DNA of 34,232 nt from an uncultured Thiotrichaceae bacterium (GCA_902727945.1 CACVAV010000112.1:1-34232), one strand, 5' to 3'. Counted from the stretch's first letter, positions 8,335-16,954 are shown. The notes: generated by a model not told the origin, from the letters alone. Numbers and translations are program-made.

Positions 8335-8784
8335 TTACTCTGCTTCTACGATGATGACTTTAACCGTCGCATCGACATCAGTGTGCAGGTGAATGCCCAC
8401 TTCGTGTTCGCCAATCTGACGCAGCGGGCCGTCAGGCATGCGAATTTCACGACGCTCAACTTCAACGCCCGCTGCATTGATAGCATCAGCAATTTCGATA
8501 TTAGACACAGAGCCGAATAACTTGCCTTCACCACCGGTTTGAGCCGGAATGGTCAATACAATTTCTTCTAACTGTGTGCGACGTGCTTCAGCGGTAGCGA
8601 TAGCTTCGTTGGCTGTTTTTTCTAATTCAGCACGAATGGTCTCAAATTCAGCAACGTTTTCTTTAGTCGCCATTTTTGCCTTACCCTGTGGGATAAGGTA
8701 GTTGCGTCCAAAGCCGGAGCGTACGTTTACAATGCCACCCAGATCACCCAGGTTTGCAATTTTTTCCAGTAGAATGATTTCCAT
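8335..8784 (-). CDS. rplI: 50S ribosomal protein L9
   Basis: MEIILLEKIANLGDLG...GFGRNYLIPQGKA...GKLFGSV. Start set at ATG 8784, with the SD AAGGTGA upstream. Confidence 0.98.
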   Translation of the reverse strand: MEIILLEKIANLGDLGGIVNVRSGFGRNYLIPQGKAKMATKENVAEFETIRAELEKTANEAIATAEARRTQLEEIVLTIPAQTGGEGKLFGSVSNIEIADAINAAGVEVERREIRMPDGPLRQIGEHEVGIHLHTDVDATVKVIIVEAE

Positions 8785-8892
8785 CGTTCTCACCTTAATT
8801 TTATTTCAGGCTAAGCCTGAAGAATTTCTAAAAGTAGCTGATTTGTTAAAGTAATGTATTAACTCAAGTTTGTCTGAAACACTGAGTTCTGC

Positions 8893-9783
8893 TCAACGTT
8901 TCCTGTTTGCTACGGCACCCCGAAAATTAGCGATGCTGTCAATGATGCCAAAGGCTGACAGCAAAATTCCCAGTTGTGCCGGCATTAGCAGCAGGGTTAC
9001 ATAAAAGCCAATTAACCAGCCTATATGCAGTTCCAATAGGTTATGCACACCATGCACCAGAGCTATTCCCTGAAACAGGAAAATTATCATTCCGGCAACG
9101 ATTATATCAATGACCAGTGGGATGTCGCTAAACAGGCCAAGGGTGATTAAAACAACCATCGCCAGTCCAAAGGGCTTACCGATGGATAATTCCCGAAACT
9201 CATCCCGGAAGCCACCGGGGTTATAGAGCATTGCTTGCCAGTGGCGGGCAATCATCAGTGAAATAATCAGTCCGACGTTCAGCCCGGCAACAAGAAATCC
9301 GGTGGTAAATCTGGCCATGGTGTCGATCGCTTTCTCAAGATCAATACCAGGGAACTGCTCTTTTATGATGGACATTTCGACCATCGGCATGAGCATTTCC
9401 TTCCAGAATGCACCGACATCACTGACGCTGGCATGAAACACAAGGATTATCGCAATGGATAATCCGAACAATGTGCTCAGTACACGGTGCCAGGATGTGC
9501 TTTGCTGCAAGAGTAAAGCCAGTGCTATAACAGCGCCCCATTGTACTAATGCCGAACCTAATGCAGTGATTGCCTGTGGCCGGATTAGCAATATCAGTAT
9601 TCCGATACAGACTCCGGCAGCCGCAGCAATTTTCAGACTGTTGCCTGCGCCACGGCGTAAGGTAATTAGTCCGATAGCAGCATTACTTAACAATCCAATA
9701 AGAGGCATGAACAAACCGGTCAGGGCAAACAGCACCACAAAAGCAAAAGCCTGTAGCGGACCTGCCATGATGAATGTGGCCAT
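8893..9783 (-). CDS. DUF2232/YybS-like membrane protein
   Basis: Multi-TM protein with ARHWQAMLYNPGGFRDEF, in the rpsR-rplI position known from Pseudomonas-type operons. Confidence 0.8.
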   Translation of the reverse strand: MATFIMAGPLQAFAFVVLFALTGLFMPLIGLLSNAAIGLITLRRGAGNSLKIAAAAGVCIGILILLIRPQAITALGSALVQWGAVIALALLLQQSTSWHRVLSTLFGLSIAIILVFHASVSDVGAFWKEMLMPMVEMSIIKEQFPGIDLEKAIDTMARFTTGFLVAGLNVGLIISLMIARHWQAMLYNPGGFRDEFRELSIGKPFGLAMVVLITLGLFSDIPLVIDIIVAGMIIFLFQGIALVHGVHNLLELHIGWLIGFYVTLLLMPAQLGILLSAFGIIDSIANFRGAVANRKR

Positions 9784-9806
9784 GTTCTTATCCTATTAAA
9801 GCCGGT

Positions 9807-10034
9807 TTATTTATGCTGATCAGTGTATTGCAGCAAAGCAAGGAAGCGGGCGCGCTTGATGGCAGTTGCCAATTGACGCTGATACTTAACCTTAGTCCCT
9901 GTAATACGACTAGGTACAATTTTACCGGTTTCAGTGACAAAGCCTTTCAGTGTTTCAAGGTCTTTATAATCAATCTCGGTAATACCTTCCGCAGTGAAGC
10001 GGCAGTATTTTTTACGGCGGAAATAACGTGACAT
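9807..10034 (-). CDS. rpsR: 30S ribosomal protein S18
   Basis: [45 protein letters not shown]. Confidence 0.99.
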   Translation of the reverse strand: MSRYFRRKKYCRFTAEGITEIDYKDLETLKGFVTETGKIVPSRITGTKVKYQRQLATAIKRARFLALLQYTDQHK

Positions 10035-10052
10035 ATTATTCTGTCTCCCGGT

Positions 10053-10508
10053 TTATTCGTCGGCAGTAGCGGCGGTTTCGTTTGATTCAGCATCAGCTTC
10101 AGTTGAAGCAGCAGGTGCGTTATCCGTAGATGGCTTTGCTGGCTCGTCATGATGTGATGGGCGGGATGGACGCTTGGCAGTTTTGACTTCGTTCTCTTTG
10201 CTTAAAAAAGAAGCTTCAGTGACTGCTTCGTCACGACGAATGGTCATGGTGCGAATAATCGCATCATTAAAACGGAAGATGCTTTCCAGCTCTTCCAATG
10301 TCTCAGCACCACATTCAATATTCATTAACACATAGTGTGCTTTATGAATTTTGTTGATCGGGTAAGCCAGTTGACGACGGCCCCAATCTTCTAAACGGTG
10401 GATAGAGCCATTGTTTTCGGTTATCAGTGTGCGATAACGCTCAGTCATAGCGGGAACCTGTTCACTCTGATCCGGATGAACCAGGAAAACAATTTCATAG
10501 TGTCGCAT
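10053..10508 (-). CDS. rpsF: 30S ribosomal protein S6
   Basis: [19 protein letters not shown]...[14 protein letters not shown]. True start is ATG 10508 (AAGGAG SD), not 10589. Confidence 0.99.
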   Translation of the reverse strand: MRHYEIVFLVHPDQSEQVPAMTERYRTLITENNGSIHRLEDWGRRQLAYPINKIHKAHYVLMNIECGAETLEELESIFRFNDAIIRTMTIRRDEAVTEASFLSKENEVKTAKRPSRPSHHDEPAKPSTDNAPAASTEADAESNETAATADE

Positions 10509-10513
10509 GTAAA

Positions 10514-10562
10514 CTCCTTGCGGATGATAAAGCCTCCTGCGTGCGATCGCAGTGAAGCAAGG
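10514..10562 (-). promoter_or_regulatory. S6:S18 ribosomal leader (autoregulatory mRNA structure)
   Basis: Minus strand CCUUGC-UUC...GGAGGC-UUUAUCAU-CCGCAAGGAG parallels the E. coli rpsF leader; CCUUGC pairs with GCAAGG and covers the SD. Confidence 0.8.
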
Positions 10563-10597
10563 TGGCACTGACTTCTGGGAAGGCAACACCGTATAAA

Positions 10598-10634
10598 GGC
10601 GCGAAAGTATGTGTTAGCAGGTAGTGCTTGTCAA
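10598..10634 (-). promoter_or_regulatory. sigma70 promoter of the rpsF operon with GC-rich discriminator
   Basis: TTGACA (10634-10629), 17 bp spacer, CATACT (10611-10606), then TTCGCGCC, typical of stringently controlled promoters. Confidence 0.75.
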
Positions 10635-10916
10635 TGTGAATCGGTATGCATTGACCGTAAAAATGAAGTAAATCGGGCACTTGGTCAGCTTTGATGCGGT
10701 AAATTGGCTGTAGATGGTCTAGACTCGGAAGTGATTATTGAGGATCTAATATATTAGATAATAAAGAGGGGTGTAATTTGGGCAGTCAACTTTCAGTTGA
10801 GGCGTCTACCAGTGTGGGTGGGTTTTCTTGCGGTTTTTTGCTGGTTGAAGGAGATTCGCCGTTGTGGCTGGATCTTAGTGCTATATTGCGACAACTATTC
10901 ACGGCAGTTAGTTATT

Positions 10917-11864
10917 ATGTTAGCTGAGAATAAGTCTTCCGGAATGAATGTTGTGCGGCTGCCGAACGTTGATATGCGGCTAGCTTATGACGTGTCGGCG
11001 TCTGAGTTTGCCGGCCAACTTGAGATTGCTCAGGAAGTCAGGCGTTTACTGTCGGAGTATCCACTGTCATTGCCGGGCTGGGTGATGCGGGAAGTATTGC
11101 ATAACAGCGAAAATGCGGTGATTTTTCTGGCAGAAAATCATCTGGGTGTGCAGGTTGCTATCAAACGGTTTAAATTTGATGTCAGCAAGATGTCAGAAGC
11201 GGCGCTTGAGTTCTTTATGACAGAAGCTTACACCCTGATGTCACAACATGATGTGCCGGTGTTGGTTAAGTTGCTGGATGCGGGCGTAGTGGATGACACA
11301 GCGGTATACCTGATGATGGAATACCTGCCCGGTATGACACTGAAAGACAAGTTGCAGGATGGTTCTGACGTGGAGCTTGATACGCGGTTGCTATGGTTTC
11401 GGCAGATTGTTGAAGCATTGGCCGTTATCCATGAGTCAGGTCTGCTGCATCGGGACCTCAAGTCATCTAATGTATTGATGCGTGAAGACGATTCTCCCGC
11501 CGTACTCGATTTAAGCATTGAAAGTCAGTTGTTGTCCGATTGCGGGTTTCTGAATGCCGATGAAATTTACTGCACACCGTTTTATGTGAGTCCGGAGCGG
11601 ATTATTGGCGAGTCTGCCAGTGTGTCCTCGGATCTTTATGCGTTGGGCATTTTGTTGTACGAAATGCTGACGGATGAAAAGCCTTTCCAAGGCGAAAGTC
11701 TGAGCGATATATTGACCGGGCACATGTTTAATCCGGCTCCGCCTTTGCCGAATCATTTGGCTGTTTATCAGCCTTTGTTAAGCCAGCTGTTGATAAAGTC
11801 ATCAGAACACAGATTACGTTCAGCACGACTGGTGTTGTCCGGTTTGGATAAAATAAGTGGTTGA
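10917..11864 (+). CDS. Hanks-type Ser/Thr protein kinase (atypical, cytoplasmic)
   Basis: VAIKRF, YLMMEY, LLHRDLKSSNVL, TPFYVSPE, SDLYALGILLYEML. Start is probably ATG 10917 or 10944 rather than TTG 10797. Confidence 0.88.
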   Translation: MLAENKSSGMNVVRLPNVDMRLAYDVSASEFAGQLEIAQEVRRLLSEYPLSLPGWVMREVLHNSENAVIFLAENHLGVQVAIKRFKFDVSKMSEAALEFFMTEAYTLMSQHDVPVLVKLLDAGVVDDTAVYLMMEYLPGMTLKDKLQDGSDVELDTRLLWFRQIVEALAVIHESGLLHRDLKSSNVLMREDDSPAVLDLSIESQLLSDCGFLNADEIYCTPFYVSPERIIGESASVSSDLYALGILLYEMLTDEKPFQGESLSDILTGHMFNPAPPLPNHLAVYQPLLSQLLIKSSEHRLRSARLVLSGLDKISG

Positions 11865-11924
11865 CTCTCAATGGGTGACTATGGTTACTTGGCATGATGA
11901 TTGATTTCCGGAATTTTTTTACTC

Positions 11925-12218
11925 ATGAGCGAGCAGCAGAAACCACAGGGTACTTCTCAGGCCGAGAATAGCAAAACGTTTTGTGCACTTAACATTTTTA
12001 AATGGGTAGCTATGTTACTGATGTTTAGCATTGCATTCGGTGAGTTTTATATGCGGAGTGCTGATGATGTTAATTGGGTCTTTATTGGTTTTTGTGTGGT
12101 GTTCGGGCTGCTTCTGTTATGGGTCGGGCATATTTTGGCGCAGCACTCAATCGCTGCGGATCAGGCTTATAGACGAAGTAAGTCAGCTAAGCGTAAAGTA
12201 AAAAGAAGTCATTCATAA
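11925..12218 (+). CDS. Small two-TM membrane protein with basic C-terminal tail
   Basis: Two hydrophobic segments and the tail RRSKSAKRKVKRSHS. ATG 11925 is preferred over TTG 11901. Confidence 0.65.
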   Translation: MSEQQKPQGTSQAENSKTFCALNIFKWVAMLLMFSIAFGEFYMRSADDVNWVFIGFCVVFGLLLLWVGHILAQHSIAADQAYRRSKSAKRKVKRSHS

Positions 12219-12369
12219 ATCTGTTATATCTATAACCAGCCTGTTTCAGGTAGGTTTGTATGCGGTTATATTCAGGGTGTGTTTTGCTTTGAGTAGGGGG
12301 CGTCGCCAGCTGAGGGGTTAGGGCGATGTAAACAGTTTAATATCATCACAGCTAATAACAAAAATTATT

Positions 12370-12903
12370 ATGTTACGTTTTCTATTGTTGTTTCTTGTTG
12401 CTCAGGCCGTTTTGTTCGGTGTTGAGATCTTACAGCCTGTACAGCAGGCAATTATTCTGCCATGGACAGGCCTTCTGGCCGACATTAGTGGTTGGCTGAT
12501 GTCATTTTTTGATGGAAATGTACAGACCTACGGCAAGGTGATCCGGAGTGAGGTCAACGGCTTTGCTGTTTCGATTGAGCCGGGCTGTAATGGTGTCGAG
12601 GCGATGATTGTATTGCTGGCTGCTATTCTTGCCTTTCCTGCTCCCTGGTCACACAAGCTTAAAGGTTTGTTCTGGGGGTTTATTGCCATTCAGGGGCTGA
12701 ATTTGCTGCGTATTATTAGCTTGTTCTACCTTGGGCAATGGAGTAAGGAGCTGTTCGACTGGGCGCACCTGTACATCTGGCAGGCATTGATTATGCTGGA
12801 TGCATTGGTTGTATTTCTGATCTGGATTCGTTATTTGCCGGAAGAAGATAAGCATGATGAGCCGCCTGCGCCGGATACTACCGGATTAGAGGTAGCGGTA
12901 TGA
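12370..12903 (+). CDS. xrtH: Exosortase H (exosortase/archaeosortase family, IPTL-CTERM associated type)
   Basis: Short membrane protein with Cys-Arg-His triad motifs FAVSIEPGCNGVEA, NLLRIISLFYLGQW and FDWAHLYIWQAL. Confidence 0.88.
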   Translation: MLRFLLLFLVAQAVLFGVEILQPVQQAIILPWTGLLADISGWLMSFFDGNVQTYGKVIRSEVNGFAVSIEPGCNGVEAMIVLLAAILAFPAPWSHKLKGLFWGFIAIQGLNLLRIISLFYLGQWSKELFDWAHLYIWQALIMLDALVVFLIWIRYLPEEDKHDEPPAPDTTGLEVAV

Positions 12904-13511
12904 CCGGAAGGCCTTTGCATCGCTTTATGTTGGGGGTGCTGGTTTTTTTTCCCATAACATTTTTTGTCTGGTATTTAACGGCGACTTTTCACTTGGCGCC
13001 TGTTGCCTTGGTCACGGAGTGGGTCGTGAATGTATTGGCTCCGGATAGTCTTATGTGGCTGAAGCTGGATGGGCATACGCTGGTGATAGCTTCTAATTTT
13101 GGGTCCGATCAGGCCGGTCGTATCGTTTCCCCGCCACAAAATGGTGATTTGTTGGGTTTTCACCATAATCCTTTGGTTTACTGCTATAGCTTGCCTTTGC
13201 TGATGGCGCTAATTCTGGCGACGCCCGGGGATGATAAATGGCTTAACCTGATATGGGGTGCTTTGTTGATCTTTCCTACTGAAGTTTTCAGTATGGTGTT
13301 CAGTGTGCTAAAGGTACTGACTTTTGATGTGGGCGCGGCATTTCAGGCGCAGCAGGCATTTACGCCTCTGAAGGCCGATATGGTTGCGATGGCTTATCAG
13401 GTTGGGGCACTGGTATTGCCGATGATTGCACCGTTGTTGATCTGGATAGGATTGCACCGCCGTTTTATGATTGAATTGGCACCGCAGCTAAATCGTGTAT
13501 TTGCACATTAG
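12900..13511 (+). CDS. Exosortase H-associated membrane protein
   Basis: ATGA overlap with xrtH; multi-TM with NPLVYCYSLPLLMALILATP and AYQVGALVLPMIAP. Confidence 0.75.
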   Translation: MTGRPLHRFMLGVLVFFPITFFVWYLTATFHLAPVALVTEWVVNVLAPDSLMWLKLDGHTLVIASNFGSDQAGRIVSPPQNGDLLGFHHNPLVYCYSLPLLMALILATPGDDKWLNLIWGALLIFPTEVFSMVFSVLKVLTFDVGAAFQAQQAFTPLKADMVAMAYQVGALVLPMIAPLLIWIGLHRRFMIELAPQLNRVFAH

Positions 13512-14343
13512 CCCAGAAATTTTCAGGCAGAATAAAGACACGGGATTGTTCTTTACCTTCGGTGTGCCTGACGCAACAGGCGGGTTCCGGCGGCATAGTG
13601 ACGAGTGGTTTTGTCTGGTGTTTATTCATGTCTTCCAGCGGGGCCAGCCAGTCTTTTTTCTTCAGCTGGCTGTAGTTTATGCCGTGTTCTGCTGAGTTAT
13701 CGCTGTAATTATGCCAATGTCCATGCAGGTGATTCGGGTGAGTGAAGGTGGTTTCTGCTTTAATGTCCGGTGGGTAGAATAAACGACCTTTTATGATGCA
13801 GGCGTATTCATCCACATCATAAGGCACCAAACCCGGGTACTTGCGACTGAGTTGTGTTTGGTGGCTACATAAGTGATCGAATTTTTTATCCAGTCGATCC
13901 TTTAATCCCGGGCCATGCCAGTTGGCCATATGATTGAGTCCGTCCTTTCCCAGATAAAACTTCACCGCGACTTCTATGTGAATAATTTTTCCGGTATTCA
14001 GGTCTCTGACTAAGTAGTCGATTTCGCCCAGCGTTGTGTGCTGATTTCTTAGCGGGAACTGGTTGAGTAATAGTTCATAACCGGGTGTTGTTTGTAGCCA
14101 GAAAGCCATCAGCGTTTCAAAATAATGTCCCAACCGGTGTGACTTGAGTTTTTCCAGGGCAGCTTCCAGTTCAGCTGGATTTTCATCCAGTTGCTGTAAT
14201 TGAGGACGGTATGTTTGATATTCCTGCTCAAATTTTTCTGCACCCCACCAATTTGTTCCTGCGATGAAGCCACTAATCATTGGCGGGCTTCGGATGACCC
14301 AGGCCAAATCCTGTACACAGCGATGTTTGAAGTGTTCAGTCAT
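13465..14343 (-). CDS. DUF1853 family protein (predicted PD-(D/E)XK-like fold)
   Basis: DLAWVIRSP, RLGHYFETL, TLGEIDYL, HIEVAVKFYLG, WHGPGLKDRL, IKGRLFYP. Confidence 0.85.
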   Translation of the reverse strand: MTEHFKHRCVQDLAWVIRSPPMISGFIAGTNWWGAEKFEQEYQTYRPQLQQLDENPAELEAALEKLKSHRLGHYFETLMAFWLQTTPGYELLLNQFPLRNQHTTLGEIDYLVRDLNTGKIIHIEVAVKFYLGKDGLNHMANWHGPGLKDRLDKKFDHLCSHQTQLSRKYPGLVPYDVDEYACIIKGRLFYPPDIKAETTFTHPNHLHGHWHNYSDNSAEHGINYSQLKKKDWLAPLEDMNKHQTKPLVTMPPEPACCVRHTEGKEQSRVFILPENFWANVQIHDLAAVPIQS

Positions 14344-15329
14344 TTGCCCAAATCAGGTTTTTTTGCATGGTGTTTCCAGCTTCGCAAATCAACTACTGTC
14401 TCACTACTTGAGTGCTGGTTGTGCGAGCTGCCTAGCAGTACCGCCGGGTTGCCATCAATAAACTCACTAATCAGCCGTAGCTTAAGGCTGTTGGGGTAGA
14501 GCGTGCTGACCTGGTCATTTTCCAAAGCATCCGCTTCTTCCTTAGTCAATGAATTGACGAGTAATTCCCAGCGCTGAGTCAGCGTTTCCTGTAGTTGATC
14601 CCGGTTCTTTTCCAGGCGGGACAAAGCGTCTTCGGGCAGTGATTCCAGATAGGCGTCCAGATTCTCCATCACATTATCGTTGTGCACATCATCCAGTGTG
14701 TCGATGATGTCCTGCAGCCATTCCTTCTCAGCTTCATGTGCAAAGTGATCACTGGTTTTTGTGGCCTGACCATTGGTGACCATGTTATTTTTAGTGCCGT
14801 GTTTTTGCCAGAGGATATTGAGTCGCTGAGTATATTGGTGCAGGTAGTGTGTCGCGCTTTCTTCTGTATTCTCTTTGTCAGTATCCGCCGACTGTTTGTC
14901 GTTATTCGCAGTGAAGGACACAGGGGGGATGTGTGAACTGCTCAGGCAGGCCTGATAAAGCGTACTGACATATTGGAAAGCATCAAAGGTGAACGACACG
15001 ATGTTTTCGTCGAAGTCGTCGGCTTCGGGGCTTAATTCCAGGCTGAGAAAAGGTTCATAGTGCTCAAATATAATATCCCAGCTGATTTCGCCGTCATGGT
15101 GCCGGACTACCACATTAGATTCGATCTGAAAGTCGGGGTTATCCGGTGAGGTGCTGACTATCAGGTATTCGCCGGGGCTTCTGGCGCTGTCGACCAGTGC
15201 ACTAAAGTCGATAAACTCCAGAGGTGCATTAAATACCTGTGCAGGGCTTTGGTAATTATCCTGCACGCTCAGGTAAGTGCGGGGGTAACCCCCTTCGAGT
15301 ACAAACATCATTGAAAGGCTTTGATTCAT
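14340..15329 (-). CDS. Hypothetical acidic protein
   Basis: 329-aa ORF rich in D/E, with an ATGA overlap into the DUF1853 gene; no family assigned. Confidence 0.75.
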   Translation of the reverse strand: MNQSLSMMFVLEGGYPRTYLSVQDNYQSPAQVFNAPLEFIDFSALVDSARSPGEYLIVSTSPDNPDFQIESNVVVRHHDGEISWDIIFEHYEPFLSLELSPEADDFDENIVSFTFDAFQYVSTLYQACLSSSHIPPVSFTANNDKQSADTDKENTEESATHYLHQYTQRLNILWQKHGTKNNMVTNGQATKTSDHFAHEAEKEWLQDIIDTLDDVHNDNVMENLDAYLESLPEDALSRLEKNRDQLQETLTQRWELLVNSLTKEEADALENDQVSTLYPNSLKLRLISEFIDGNPAVLLGSSHNQHSSSETVVDLRSWKHHAKKPDLGK

Positions 15330-15499
15330 GGACGAATTGTATCATTCAAATGCTGGTTTCTGCATTGGTAGTAGCTGTAGTGGTGGTAAATGATCTATGC
15401 TTTGTTGCGTAGCGCCGGGTGTCAGTTGTTGTGGCTGCCGGATAAGCTTGGCCTGATGCAGTTTTATGTGTCTGGTTTTATTGGTAATTAGGATTAAGT

Positions 15500-16432
15500 A
15501 TGGTTGAGTGGATATTAAATCGTGTTGGCGATGTTTTGCTGGCGTTATTGATTATGGTGATCACGATATGGTGTTTGTTAACTCAGCCCGTTTTATCTTT
15601 TTCATCAGGTAACTCACCAGAGCTGGGCATGGATCCGGAGCTGTTAGGCAGTCGTATACTTGAAATGGCTTCTGTCGCAGAAACGCAGGCGGATCAACAG
15701 TCGCGATTTGATGCAACTGCAGCGTATTTGTCAGAGAATTTGAGTAATGCGGGTGTTGTGGATGTGGCGGATCGTGGTGAAAATCTGCATATTATTCATT
15801 TGCAAATGGGTAGTCAGAAAAAGCGTAAGTTATTCATTGGTATGCACTATGTGGTAACGGCGAATCAAATTCCTGAAATTATTCGCACAGCGGTCAGCCT
15901 GGTTGAGCTGACTAATTTGTTGGCCGCGCAGGATCAAATGAATATGCAGCTGGACCTGACTATTTTTCTGCATAAAGACGATGAGCGTAGTCAGCTTTAT
16001 GAAACCTTGTCTGATGCAAGTGTTTATCATGTTGATCAGCTAACATTGAAGCGTAAAGCTGATGATATTGGTTTGTTATTTACGCCGGGCTTGCGGATTC
16101 CTGATGCTGTCTATGCTACTGAGCAATGGCGTTATTTTGACCTTTTACTGCCTTCAACCCGTACTGAACTCAGTATATTCGGACGGCTTAGAGATGTCTG
16201 GCAGCTACGGTATTTGAAGGTAGGTTTGAATTCACAAGGTATGTCATCTGTTAATTCTTTGAGTATTCCTGTTAATTTCCCCGGTGCAAGTGATTCTCCG
16301 CTGAAGTTTTATTGGGAGCGTGATTTACCGGTAATGTTGGTCAGATCTAATGCACTAAAAATAAAAAATAGTTATGATTCCTATTCAAAATTCATATCCG
16401 CGCTATTTGGATTAATAAAAAATGGCGGTTAA
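15500..16432 (+). CDS. Membrane-anchored, degenerate M28 peptidase-like protein
   Basis: N-terminal TM followed by TQP, then AAYLSENL, LFIGMHY, LVELTNLL and FPGASDSPLKFYWERDLPVMLV. These segments are collinear with YfbL-like M28 peptidases but lack the catalytic motifs. Confidence 0.6.
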   Translation: MVEWILNRVGDVLLALLIMVITIWCLLTQPVLSFSSGNSPELGMDPELLGSRILEMASVAETQADQQSRFDATAAYLSENLSNAGVVDVADRGENLHIIHLQMGSQKKRKLFIGMHYVVTANQIPEIIRTAVSLVELTNLLAAQDQMNMQLDLTIFLHKDDERSQLYETLSDASVYHVDQLTLKRKADDIGLLFTPGLRIPDAVYATEQWRYFDLLLPSTRTELSIFGRLRDVWQLRYLKVGLNSQGMSSVNSLSIPVNFPGASDSPLKFYWERDLPVMLVRSNALKIKNSYDSYSKFISALFGLIKNGG

Positions 16433-16524
16433 TTAAGCTAAATGCTGCACTTTAACGCATTAATTAAGGTGTAGCTCTCATTGAATTAGGGCTTTTTCTA
16501 TTTTTTTCTGGTATAAATCTCCTC

Positions 16525-16887
16525 AGCCGATCGGGCAATCGCTGCTTTACTGTGTATTTACGCAGTAAAGGGGAGGAAAGTCCGGGCTCCATAGGGTAGG
16601 ACGCCAGGTAACGCCTGGGCAGCGCAAGCTGACGGAAAGTGCCACAGAAAATATACCGCCTGATGGTCTGATTTACTTCAGTCTTCAGGTAAGGGTGAAA
16701 TGGTGCGGTAAGAGCGCACCGCGCAGTCGGCAACGATTGTGGCAGGGTAAACCCCGTCCGGAGCAAGACCAAATAGGAATGCGCTGGTGTGACCCGCACT
16801 GCATTCGGGTAGGTTGCTAAAGAGGTGTGGCGACACACTTCGTAGATGAATGATTGTCCTCGACAGAACCCGGCTTACAGATCGGCT
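16525..16887 (+). ncRNA. rnpB: RNase P RNA (bacterial class A)
   Basis: GAGGAAAGTCCGGGCTCC, GGAAAGTGCCACAGAAA, GGTGCGGTAAGAGCGCACC, GGTAAACCCC and ACAGAACCCGGCTTA; P1 formed by AGCCGATC / GATCGGCT. Confidence 0.98.
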
Positions 16888-16903
16888 ATTTTTCTGCTTT
16901 TAT

Positions 16904-16954
16904 TTTGCGCATAAAGCATTAACTTAAAGTAATTTATCGTTAATGCTGCGTAAA
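16904..16954 (+). terminator. Hairpin downstream of rnpB
   Basis: AGCATTAAC (16915-16923) / GTTAATGCT (16939-16947) with an outer TTTGCGC / GCGTAAA extension; a T-run follows shortly after. Confidence 0.4.

Noticed and set aside
8805-8888. Inverted repeats between the DUF2232 gene and rplI
   Set aside because: Small isolated hairpins, plausibly mRNA processing or stability elements; nothing supports a specific call.
9807-10508. priB missing between rpsF and rpsR; membrane gene before rplI; dnaB next to rplI
   Set aside because: This arrangement is known from Pseudomonas-like gammaproteobacteria and is not unusual.
10509-10589. N-terminal extension of S6 in the ORF track (similarly the extended starts of dsrR, rplI and the kinase)
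   Set aside because: The region is the S6:S18 leader with a clear SD before ATG 10508. The other extensions lack family similarity and have better downstream starts.
12300-12330. Hairpin upstream of xrtH as a riboswitch (e.g. c-di-GMP)
   Set aside because: Only a single ~8-bp stem; no riboswitch consensus recognised.
12943-12950. T8 tract near the 5' end of the xrtH partner gene (also A9 at 27159-27167 in ftsW) as phase-variation sites
   Set aside because: The tracts are short, in frame and explained by Phe/Val or Lys codons.
16464-16838. 124-aa minus-strand ORF
   Set aside because: Antisense shadow of rnpB, a well-known spurious ORF.
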